Of a DNA stretch of 64,000 nt, positions 46,631 through 55,975 are shown one piece after another. Position 1 is the stretch's first letter, and each line of letters starts with the position of its first letter. The notes below the pieces were generated by a model. That model had not been told where the DNA came from. It made no database searches and was given only the letters and a program-made list of their open reading frames with translations. The position numbers were made by a program, and so were the translations under genes. Origin of the DNA: an uncultured delta proteobacterium (lineage in GTDB: Bacteria; Desulfobacterota; Binatia; UBA9968); contig CAVYTU010000017.1 in NCBI GenBank assembly GCA_963771465.1, positions 1,024,001 to 1,088,000 on the forward strand. The letters run 5' to 3'.

Positions 46631-48875
46631 GTGGCTTATCGCACCATAGGTAAAACACTGCCGCGCGTCGAAGGGTACGGCAAAGTAACGGGGCAAACCA
46701 AGTACGCGGCGGATTTGCCGTTTGAAGGTTTGCTCTGGGCTAAAGTGCTGCGCGCTTCGCTGCCGCACGCGCGCATCGTTAAAGTCGATACTTCGAAGGC
46801 CAAGGCGTTGAAGGGCGTCCGCGCTGTCCTGACTGGCGCGGATGTGAAGGACATCTTCGTCGGCACTCGGCTGAAAGATCAGCCGGTATTAGCATACGAC
46901 AAGGTGCGCATGAGCGGCGACGCCGTCGCGGCGGTAGCGGCGGACGATGAAGCGATCGCCGAGGAAGCGATTGGTATGATCGACGTCGAATACGAGGCGT
47001 TGCCGTACGTCGAGGACCCGGTGGAAGCGCTCAAGCCGAGCGCGCCGCTGATCCATGAGGACCGCGGCGAAATACAGAAATGCCGCGAAGCTGCCGGAAG
47101 GCATGTCCGGTCATAATTTACAGTCCTATGTGCAGTGGAAGAACGGCGACGTTGACGCCGGCTTCGCTAAGGCAGCGAGAGTTTTCGAACACACTTTTCG
47201 CACGCCGCTGTCGCACCACGGCTATCTTGAGCCTTGCGCTTGCACCGTGCAGATTCACGCCGATGGGCGCGTTGAAGTTTGGCCTTCGAATAAGGGTCCG
47301 TGGGGCTTGCGCGAGCAGATGTCGGAAGACTTCGGCGTGCCCCAGGAAAAGATCAAGATTCACATCGTTCACGTCGGCGGCGACTTCGGCGCCAAGGCGT
47401 CTTTGATCGACGTGCCGGTCGCTTACTATTTGTCCAAAGCCGCGGGCGGCAAGCCGGTCAAGCTGGTGTTCGATTATACCGATGAACTTCTCGCCGGCGG
47501 CCACCGCCATCCCTCGGTGATCACTTTAAAAACCGGCGTTGCCGCTGACGGAACACTGCTCGCTGTGAGAGGCGATATCTACTTCAGCGGCGGCGCTTAT
47601 GGTTCGCAAAAGGCCAATCCCCAAGCAACGGTTCTCGGCGGGCGGCGCTTGGCGAGCATGTATCGCTGTCCGGCCATCGATGTGCGGACGTTTTGTTCGT
47701 ACACCAATCAAGTGCCGTGTACCCAGACGCGCACGCCGGGCAGCCCGCAGGTCGTCTTCGCCTTCGAATCGCAAATGGACATCATCGCCAAGGAAATGGG
47801 CATCGATGCGCTCGAATTGCGCCGAAAAAATATTCTCCACGACGGCGACGCCAATCCCATGGGCGAAAAGTGGAGTGATATTCTAATGGGCGAAGTGTTG
47901 GAGCGCATCGTTAAAACCTCCGGTTGGAAAAAAGGCGGCGCGAAGAAAAATCACGGTTGGGGCATGGCGCTCTATGATCGCGGCACGCCGGAAGGAAAAG
48001 CCAGTTCGGCGTTGATTTTGGAAGCCGATGGCAAAGTCAATATTCTCACCGGCGTGCCGGATGTTGGTCCTGGATATTACACCGTCAGCCAGCAGATGGT
48101 TTGCGAGACGCTCGGTCTGGCGCCGGAAAAAGTCGGTGTGGTTTTCAAAGACACCGACAGCTTGCCGTTTGATCCTGGCACCGGCGGGAGCAAACAAACC
48201 AATACTTCAGGTCACGCAGTGAATCTATCGGCGCGCGAGGTGCGCGAGATACTGGTCAACTTGGCGGCGCGGGAATTGGGTTGTCAGCCGGAGGAAGTTC
48301 AGCAGCAGGATGGCAAGCTGACCGCACCCAATAAGAAATCGACGACCACCGAGAATATGATCAAGCTTGCGGTAAAAGAAAACGGCGGTCCGGTTTTTCA
48401 CCTGACTAATTTTGTGCCGAAAGACATGCCAAAGGTCACTGGCTTCGCCGCCCAAGTAGCTGAAGTCGAAGTCGACCCGACCACCGGCGGAGTGACGGTA
48501 TTGAATTTGACCACGGCGCACGACACCGGGACCGTGCTCAATCATCTAACACTCACCGGGCAGATCGAAGGCGGCATCGTCACCGGCTTCGGTTTCGCGA
48601 CGATGGAGGAGAATCCGATGATCGACGGCAAGATCGCGACACTAACATTGGGCGAGTCCAAGATGCCGTGCATCGCTGACGTGCCGCCATTGAAGACGGT
48701 TCTCGTCGAAAGTCCCACGGGCCCGACGCCTTACGGCGGCAAAGCGATCGCGGAGAATCCTAACGTGCCGACGGCGGCGGCGATCTCGAATGCCATCGCC
48801 GACGCCTGCGGCGTGCGGCTTTTCGAGTTGCCGCTGTCAGCAGAGAAAATCTATCGCGCAATGAATCGAAAATAG
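46631..48875 (+). CDS. Xanthine dehydrogenase family molybdopterin-binding subunit (frameshift near 47070)
   Basis: KVTG...YAAD, S..PHARI, H.YLEP, GGDFGAK, EVEVDP.TG, GQIEGG, KAIAE. Confidence 0.9.
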
Positions 48876-48886
48876 GAAACGCACGC

Positions 48887-50018
48887 ATGGCTCGTTCTTA
48901 TCAGCAATCAAGATATCGAGCAGGTGCTCGATATGAACATTTGCCTCCAAGCGATCGAGGAAGGCATCAAGGAATATTATCGTGGCGATGCGACTTGCCG
49001 GCCGCGCATCGATGTTTGGGCGCCGTCCGGCGATCCGCGCGGCTATTATCAGTGGGGCTCGATGGAAGGCACCAGCCGGCGCTACGGCGTGTTCGCGACG
49101 CGGATCAAGTCCGATATCGCTTACTGGACCGAAGGCGAAGGCGGCGTCAAGACGCAAGAAAAATATTGCCAACGCCCGGGGTTATTCTGCGGTTTGATTC
49201 TTTTGTTTAGCACGGAGAACGGCGAGCCGCTGGCGGTGATGAACGATGGCTATTTGCAGCATATGCGCGTTGGCGCCACCGCCGGCATCGCAGCTAAATA
49301 TCTGGCCCGGGAAGACGCCGATACCGTCGGCATGATCGGTTCAGGCAGCATGGCGTGGACTCACGCGCTGGCGTTCGCCGAAGTGCGCAACATAAAGCGC
49401 ATCCGCGTTTTTAGTCCGACACCAAAGAATCGCGAAACCTATGCTGGTAATTTGTCGGCGCGGCTGGGTATAGATATCGTGCCGGTGGACTCGGTGGTTG
49501 AAGCGGTCAAAGGCGCGCAAATCGTCTCGGCCTGTACGGATTCCATCGTGCCGGTCATTCCAGGCCGCTCCATCGAGGCCGGCGCGTTTGTGACCACTGT
49601 GAAGGGCACCGTCGAACTCGACAAATCATCCGTCGAACGCATCCGCACGTTTTACACCTTCGCGCCAAACAGCGACGCGATTTCACATTCGCAGCCAGGC
49701 GAAGCGGCCTCACGAGCGCAAAAAATCTCGGGTACGCACCGTGCGTACGTGGCGGGACAAGCGGAAGATCTGGCGCGCATTCCTGAAGTTGAGCGCGAGG
49801 GCGGTTTCGACAAGCGCAAGCTTGTCAGCTTCAAAAATCTTTTAAACGGTCAAGATCCCGGCCGGCGCGACGCGGAGGAGATTTTAGCCGTCGGCGGCAA
49901 TCAAATTCAGGGTATTCAGTTTGCTTCGGTCGGCGGCGCGACTTATCGTTTGATCAAGGAAAAGGGGTTGGGCCGGCAGTTTCCGACGGATTGGCTGTTG
50001 CAGGATGTGAGAAACTGA
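48887..50018 (+). CDS. Ornithine cyclodeaminase/mu-crystallin family protein (1-nt shift just after the ATG)
   Basis: ATG-G-CTC GTT CTT ATC AGC AAT aligns with the paralog N-terminus; LQHMRVGA, IGSGSMA. Confidence 0.85.
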
Positions 50019-50043
50019 CAACCAAGATTGGTAGAGCGGGCCG

Positions 50044-51264
50044 ATGGTGACATTTAGTATTTTAGATTTTCGATTTTGGATTTTGGATTGGGGAATCAGG
50101 CGGATCGGTCGGAGCTTCTCCGACAATCTAAAATCCAAAATCCAAAATCTAAAATGGGTAGGGCTGGCTGCAACTTGGTTTGTGGCAGCGACTCTGCATG
50201 CCGCAGAGCCTGCAAAATGGCAGGCCGAATGGGAACGCACGGTGTCGGCGGCGGAGAAGGAAGGACAGCTGGTTGTCTATATCGGTGGCTATGGCGCGCT
50301 TATCGAGAGCGGCGTATTTCAGAAGGCCTATCCGAAGATCAAGATCACGCACATCACCGGCGCGGGCACCGATCTCACGCAGCGTATTTCAGCGGAGCGG
50401 CGCGCCGGCAAGTATCTCGCCGACGTCTACAACGGCGGTGGCAACTCGCTTCATCAGGTTCTCTACACCGGAAAGATGATCGACTCGATCAAGTCGGCGT
50501 TGATCCTGCCGGAAGTATTGGACACGGCCAAATGGTGGGAGGGCAAACACAAATACGCCGACAAAGAGGGCCAACATATTTTCGTTTACGAAGGCAATGT
50601 GTCGGCCGGCGCCGGGGCAGGTTACAATACCCAGCTGCTCGATCCGCGCGAGTACAAAACTTATTGGGACTTCCTCAACCCCAAGCTCAAGGGAAAACTT
50701 ATTTCCACCGATATTCGCCGGGTGCGCGGCGCCGGCATCCCGTGGCAGTTTCTCTATTATCATCCCGATCTCGGCCCGAAATATTTGCGCCGTCTGTTTG
50801 GCGAGATGGATGTGACGATGAGCGCCGATCTGCGCCAGGCTGGAGACTGGCTGGCGACGGGAAAGTTCACTCTTTGCATGCCGATCCAAGGCGGTGTTGT
50901 CAGTAAGGCGAAGAGTCAGGGCTTGCCTGTGGACCAATTCGATTCTTACCACTTCAAGGAAGGCGTCAATCTTTCATCCGCCTTCGGTTCGCTGGCGTTG
51001 ATGAACCGCGCGCCCCATCCCAATGCCGCCAAGGTGTTTATCAATTGGCTATTGTCGCGCGAAGGGCAGACGTTGTTCCAAAAAGTGATTAGTCTAACCG
51101 GCGATCCGCGCAACTCGCGCCGTATCGACGTCCCCAAAGACCACATCCCGGTCGATGAACAGCGGCGCGACAAAATGACCTATTTCGACACCGACGATCC
51201 CGACACCAAGGATTTGACGCCGGCAATGAAATTGTTGGACGAGATCGTGCCGCTAAAAAAATAG
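50044..51264 (+). CDS. Extracellular solute-binding protein with a repeat-derived N-terminus
   Basis: W....AAEKEG.L, APHPNAAKVFINWLLSREGQ, NSRRIDVPKD. Confidence 0.87.
   Translation: MVTFSILDFRFWILDWGIRRIGRSFSDNLKSKIQNLKWVGLAATWFVAATLHAAEPAKWQAEWERTVSAAEKEGQLVVYIGGYGALIESGVFQKAYPKIKITHITGAGTDLTQRISAERRAGKYLADVYNGGGNSLHQVLYTGKMIDSIKSALILPEVLDTAKWWEGKHKYADKEGQHIFVYEGNVSAGAGAGYNTQLLDPREYKTYWDFLNPKLKGKLISTDIRRVRGAGIPWQFLYYHPDLGPKYLRRLFGEMDVTMSADLRQAGDWLATGKFTLCMPIQGGVVSKAKSQGLPVDQFDSYHFKEGVNLSSAFGSLALMNRAPHPNAAKVFINWLLSREGQTLFQKVISLTGDPRNSRRIDVPKDHIPVDEQRRDKMTYFDTDDPDTKDLTPAMKLLDEIVPLKK
50059..50155. repeat. Hairpin element with heptamer-tandem arms (TTTTGGA/TCCAAAA) inside a CDS
   Basis: a-ttttaga-ttttcga-ttttgga-ttttgga-ttg ... 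caa-tctaaaa-tccaaaa-tccaaaa-tctaaaa-t; 32-bp arms with 2 mismatches. Confidence 0.9.
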
Positions 51265-51307
51265 CGATGGGGATCGCCAGCGATCCTTTCGCTCCTGGGA
51301 AAGCGAG

Positions 51308-52462
51308 ATGAAGACGGCGAAGTTCATGCTTGGAATCGTTCGCTGCGGCGTAGCTGTTTCGGCGGCCATCGTATATTTCATGCTGGCCGCGGTTAGCTAT
51401 GCGGCCGATGCCAAGCCGGCGCAGCCGAATTGGGAAAAAACCCTCGCCGCGGCGAAGAAGGAAGGGCGGCTTAACTTATACGTCGGTCGCTACGGCACCG
51501 AGCCGCTGCTCAATGAGTTCCGCAAAGAGTTTCCCGAAATCAAGATCGTTTCAGTCAACGGCACCGGCAATTCTTTAGGCACGCGAATCATCACCGAGAT
51601 GCGCGCCAACAACGTCGTCGCCGATCTATTCAGCGGCGGCGCCAACACGAATCACGAGGTGCTTTACGAAGGCAAGGCGCTCGATTCGATAAAGTCAGCA
51701 TTGATCCTGCCGGAGGTGCTCGACGAGAGTAAGTGGTATGAAGGACGGCACCGTTACACTGATTCGGAGCAACGCCATATCTTTGTCTACATCGCCAATC
51801 CGACGTCATCCGGTTTTTACTACAATACCACGCTAGTCAATCCGAAAGAGACCAACTCTTTTTGGGATCTGGTGGCGGCCAAGTGGAAAGGTAAATATGT
51901 ATCCCAGGATCCCATGGGCACCGGGCTTGGCGGCGGGCTCCAGTTCATGTACTACCATCCCGAGCTTGGACCGGAATTTATCAAGCGGCTGTTCGGCGAC
52001 ATGCAGCCGACCTTTGGACGCGATCGAAGGCAAATTACCGACTGGCTGGCGCAGGGGCGCTACGCGCTCTGTCTCGGCTGCCGCGACACGGCGCGGGCAA
52101 AATCGCAGGGTCTGCCGGTGGATGAGTTCGATAACCTCAACTGGAAAGAAGGAGCGGAGCTGACCACGGGCGGCGGCACCATGAGCTTGATCAAGGGTGG
52201 ACCCAATCCCAATGCGGCAAGAGTTTTCATCAACTGGTTTCTCTCCCGCCGCGGCCAGATTGCGCTGCAGAAATATAGCGACCTTTACGGCGAAGATCCG
52301 CCCAACTCGCGGCGCATCGATATACCCAAAGAGATGCTCCCGGCCGTTAACCGTTTGCATGCCGACAGAAAATACTTCGATGTCTCCGATCCCAAGTACG
52401 CCGACATGACGCCGATCGTTGATCTGGTCAAGCAAGTGATGAAAGGGCGTGAAGTAAAATGA
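51308..52462 (+). CDS. Extracellular solute-binding protein (tandem paralog 1)
   Basis: Signal peptide, AAAKKEGRL, PNPNAA.VFINWFLSRRGQ. Confidence 0.9.
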   Translation: MKTAKFMLGIVRCGVAVSAAIVYFMLAAVSYAADAKPAQPNWEKTLAAAKKEGRLNLYVGRYGTEPLLNEFRKEFPEIKIVSVNGTGNSLGTRIITEMRANNVVADLFSGGANTNHEVLYEGKALDSIKSALILPEVLDESKWYEGRHRYTDSEQRHIFVYIANPTSSGFYYNTTLVNPKETNSFWDLVAAKWKGKYVSQDPMGTGLGGGLQFMYYHPELGPEFIKRLFGDMQPTFGRDRRQITDWLAQGRYALCLGCRDTARAKSQGLPVDEFDNLNWKEGAELTTGGGTMSLIKGGPNPNAARVFINWFLSRRGQIALQKYSDLYGEDPPNSRRIDIPKEMLPAVNRLHADRKYFDVSDPKYADMTPIVDLVKQVMKGREVK

Positions 52463-53592
52463 TCTCGAACGCGCTCTTGAGCGTCGTTTTGCTATTCGGC
52501 GGTTTCGTCTGGGTGGCGCCCGGCTCGGCTGCGGACGCCAAGCCGGCTTGGCAGCTGACCTGGGAGAAAACCGTCGCCGCGGCGAAGAAAGAAGGACGGT
52601 TAAATTTCTACGTCGGGCGCTACGGCAGCGAGCCGCTGCTCAATGAGTTCCGCAAAGAATTTCCCGAGATCAAGATCGTCACGGTTAACGGCGCCGGCAA
52701 CTCACTGGGTACGCGCATCGTGTCGGAGGCGCGCGCGGGCGCGGTGGTCGCCGATCTTTACAGCGGCGGCGCGGTAACCAATTTCGAGATCCTTTACAAA
52801 GGCAAGGTGCTCGATTCGCTCAAGGCGGCGTTGATCCTGCCGGAGGTGCTCGACGAGTCGAAATGGTACGGCGGCAAGCACCGCTATAACGATCCGGAAC
52901 AAGAGCATGTATTCATCTACATCGCCAATCCGACCTCGGCGAGCATTTATTACAACACCAGCTTGGTCAATCCCAAAGATTTCAAATCCTTTTGGGATCT
53001 AGTCCAGCCCAAATGGAAAGGCAAATTCGTCTCCCAGGAGCCCACCGGCACGGGTATCGGTCCGTCGTTGCAGTTTTTCTTTTATCATCCGGAGCTCGGG
53101 CCGGAGTTTTTGCGCAAGCTATTCGTCGATCAGCAGCCGGTCTATTCACGAGACCGGCGCCAGATGACCGACTGGCTGGCGCAGGGGAAATTTGCCTTGT
53201 GCATGGGCTGTCGCGATTCCGAAAAAGCCAATAAGCAGGGACTGCCAGTGAATGACATGGACATGGTCGATTGGAAGGAAGGGGCGCATGTTTCCTCCGG
53301 CGGCGGTTCCATGAGCTTGATCAAGGGCGGACCGCACCCCAATGCCGCCAAGTTATTTATCAACTGGTTTTTAACCCGCCGCGGCCAGATCGCGCTGCAA
53401 AAATACGAAGATCTTTATAACGAGGAGCCGCCCAACTCGCGGCGCATCGATATACCCAAAGACATGTTGCCGGCCAGCAGCCGGCTGGTGGATGGCAGGC
53501 GGTATTTCGACTTCTCCGATCCGAAGTATTCCGATATGACGCCGATCTTTCAGTTGGCCAAGGAATTTATGAAGGGGCGTGAAACAAAATGA
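52459..53592 (+). CDS. Extracellular solute-binding protein (tandem paralog 2)
   Basis: Same family; ATGA overlap with the previous gene. Confidence 0.9.
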   Translation: MISNALLSVVLLFGGFVWVAPGSAADAKPAWQLTWEKTVAAAKKEGRLNFYVGRYGSEPLLNEFRKEFPEIKIVTVNGAGNSLGTRIVSEARAGAVVADLYSGGAVTNFEILYKGKVLDSLKAALILPEVLDESKWYGGKHRYNDPEQEHVFIYIANPTSASIYYNTSLVNPKDFKSFWDLVQPKWKGKFVSQEPTGTGIGPSLQFFFYHPELGPEFLRKLFVDQQPVYSRDRRQMTDWLAQGKFALCMGCRDSEKANKQGLPVNDMDMVDWKEGAHVSSGGGSMSLIKGGPHPNAAKLFINWFLTRRGQIALQKYEDLYNEEPPNSRRIDIPKDMLPASSRLVDGRRYFDFSDPKYSDMTPIFQLAKEFMKGRETK

Positions 53593-54722
53593 TTATGCAC
53601 GCGCTGTTGAGTATCGCTTTGATGCTCTGCGGTTTTGTCTGGGTCGCGCGCGGTTTAGCCGCCGACACCAAGCCAGCCTGGCAGGTCACTTGGGAAAATA
53701 CCGTTGCCGCGGCGAAGAAGGAAGGCCGATTGAACTTCTACGTCGGCCGTTACGGCACCGAGCCGCTGCTCAATGAATTCCGCAAAGAATTTCCCGAGAT
53801 TAAAATCGTCACGGTCAACGGCGCCGGCAATACCTTGGGCACGCGAATAATCACCGAGCTACGCGCGGGCAACGTCCTGGCCGATCTATTTAGCGGCGGC
53901 GCGAATACGAACTATGAAATCCTTTATGAAGGTAAAGCGCTCGATTCGATCAAGTCGACGCTGATTCTCCCCGAGGTGCTCGACGAAAGTAAGTGGTTCG
54001 AAGGGCGGCACCGTTACACGGACCCTGAGAGCAGACATATCTTTGTCTATATCGCCAACCCTTCGACTTCCGGCTTTTACTTCAATACCACGCTGGCGAG
54101 TCCCAAGGATTTTAAATCCTACTGGGATTTGGTCGCGCCCAAGTGGAAAGGCAAATACGTTTCCCAAGACCCCACGGGAACCGGGCTTGGCGCGTCGATG
54201 CAATTCTATTACTACCATCCCGAGCTGGGGCCGGAGTTTGTCAAGAAATTATTTGGCGAGATGCAGCCGACTTTCGGCCGCGATCGCAGACAAATAACCG
54301 ACTGGCTCGCACAGGGACGTTTCGCGCTGTGCGTCGGCTGCCGCGACACCGCGCGGGCGAAATCCCAGGGACTGCCGGTCGATGAACTTGATATGGTCGA
54401 CTGGAAAGAAGGCTGGCATATCACGTCGGGCGGCGGCTCGATGAGCTTGATCAAAGGCGCGCCCAATCCCAACGCGGCTAAAGTTTTCGTCAATTGGTTC
54501 CTCTCGCGCCGCGGCCAGATCGCGATGCAAAAATACAACGATCTCTACGGCGAAGATCCGCCCAACTCGCGGCGCATCGATATCCCCAAAGACATGCTTC
54601 CCGCGGTCAACCGCATGCAGCCGGGAAAAAAATACTTCGATGTCTCCGATCCCAAGTACGCCGACATGACGCCGATGTTCGATCTCATCAAGCAGATCAT
54701 GAAGGGGCGGGAGGCGAAGTAG
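53589..54722 (+). CDS. Extracellular solute-binding protein (tandem paralog 3)
   Basis: Same family; ATGA overlap with the previous gene. Confidence 0.9.
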   Translation: MIMHALLSIALMLCGFVWVARGLAADTKPAWQVTWENTVAAAKKEGRLNFYVGRYGTEPLLNEFRKEFPEIKIVTVNGAGNTLGTRIITELRAGNVLADLFSGGANTNYEILYEGKALDSIKSTLILPEVLDESKWFEGRHRYTDPESRHIFVYIANPSTSGFYFNTTLASPKDFKSYWDLVAPKWKGKYVSQDPTGTGLGASMQFYYYHPELGPEFVKKLFGEMQPTFGRDRRQITDWLAQGRFALCVGCRDTARAKSQGLPVDELDMVDWKEGWHITSGGGSMSLIKGAPNPNAAKVFVNWFLSRRGQIAMQKYNDLYGEDPPNSRRIDIPKDMLPAVNRMQPGKKYFDVSDPKYADMTPMFDLIKQIMKGREAK

Positions 54723-54806
54723 TCTTTCTCAGGGTTATCCCTTAGAGATTGTCTTCGCTGGCTCATAGGACAACCGCCGGGAGATTGAAACGCGCCGAAT
54801 CGACGC

Positions 54807-54835
54807 TTGACCCTCCAGTGATCTGCCGATATCCT
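54807..54835 (+). promoter_or_regulatory. Sigma70-type promoter
   Basis: TTGACC-17 nt-TATCCT. Confidence 0.5.
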
Positions 54836-54862
54836 CGCGGCTAAATCTTGTTCTCCACACCT

Positions 54863-55975
54863 ATGGATCAGGAAATCATCAGGCGGCTCAAAGCGCGCAT
54901 CGCGGCAGAAGGTCTCGATGCTATCGTCGCGATGTCGCCGGAAAATGTTACCTACGTCTCCGGCTTTGTCGTGCCGTCGCAGGCGTTGATGCGCTGGCGC
55001 CACGCGGCTTGTATCGTCACCGCGGACGGGCGGATTTCCATGGTCGCCATCGACATGGAAGCGACGACGGTTAAGGCGAATGCGGGTATCGACGACCTAC
55101 GCATCTATCGGGAATTCTCAGACGACCCATGGATAAGCTTGCCGAAGCCGCTCAAGGATTTGAGACTCGATCGTGGCAAGGTTGCCATCGAGATGGAGTT
55201 TCTGCCTGCAAAGGATTTTGCCACGCTGCAAAAGAATTTGCCGAACGTTCATTGGCTGGCGGCCGATGCAATTTTCAATAAGGCGCGGCAAATTAAAACT
55301 CCCGACGAGTTGGCGTTGCTGCGCGCGTTGAGCAAGCTCACCGACAAGGCCATCGGTGCGGCATTGCGTTCGGCTAAAATCGGCATGAGCGAAATGGAAT
55401 TGGCCGGCACGCTTCTGACTGCGCTGTTTAGCGGCGGCGCGGAAAGTTACAAGTTGATGATCATCGCCAGCGGCGAGCGCAGCCAATTTCCCAATGTCGG
55501 ACCGACCGAGCGCAAATTGCAACACGGCGACATCATCCGCATGGAGATATTCGGCCAGAAGTGCGGCTATTTAACCGGTGTCTGCCGCACGGCGGTGGTC
55601 GACGACGCGACGCCGGAACAGTATAAGATTTGGTCGAACCTGATCGAATGCAAATATCTGGTCATGGACTTGATCAAGCCGGGTGTGAGCTGCCCGGAGG
55701 TTTATCGGAAATTCTTGACGAAGTTCAGCGAGCTCGGCTTTGAGCCGATCAGTTTTGTCGCCCACGGCATCGGACTGCATTTGCACGAAGAGCCCTACAT
55801 GGGACGATACGGCGATGAGATTGTCGAGACGGGCATGGTCGGCGCCTTTGAACCGCTAGTTTATATTCCCGGCCGATTCGGCATGCAGAACAAAGACATG
55901 TTCTGCGTGATGGAAACCGGCTGCGAATTGCTCTCGGACGTGACCCCGACCGATACGCTATTGAGAGTTGGCTAA
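54863..55975 (+). CDS. M24 family (Xaa-Pro peptidase/creatinase-like) protein
   Basis: ENVTY.SG, R.IKTP.E, HGIGL.LHE.P, EP; the usual Asp metal ligands appear substituted (RME, TG). Confidence 0.82.
   Translation: MDQEIIRRLKARIAAEGLDAIVAMSPENVTYVSGFVVPSQALMRWRHAACIVTADGRISMVAIDMEATTVKANAGIDDLRIYREFSDDPWISLPKPLKDLRLDRGKVAIEMEFLPAKDFATLQKNLPNVHWLAADAIFNKARQIKTPDELALLRALSKLTDKAIGAALRSAKIGMSEMELAGTLLTALFSGGAESYKLMIIASGERSQFPNVGPTERKLQHGDIIRMEIFGQKCGYLTGVCRTAVVDDATPEQYKIWSNLIECKYLVMDLIKPGVSCPEVYRKFLTKFSELGFEPISFVAHGIGLHLHEEPYMGRYGDEIVETGMVGAFEPLVYIPGRFGMQNKDMFCVMETGCELLSDVTPTDTLLRVG

Noticed and set aside
86-50155. Short tandem arrays as CRISPR
   Set aside because: Units are 6-9 bp, contiguous and without unique spacers; no cas genes.
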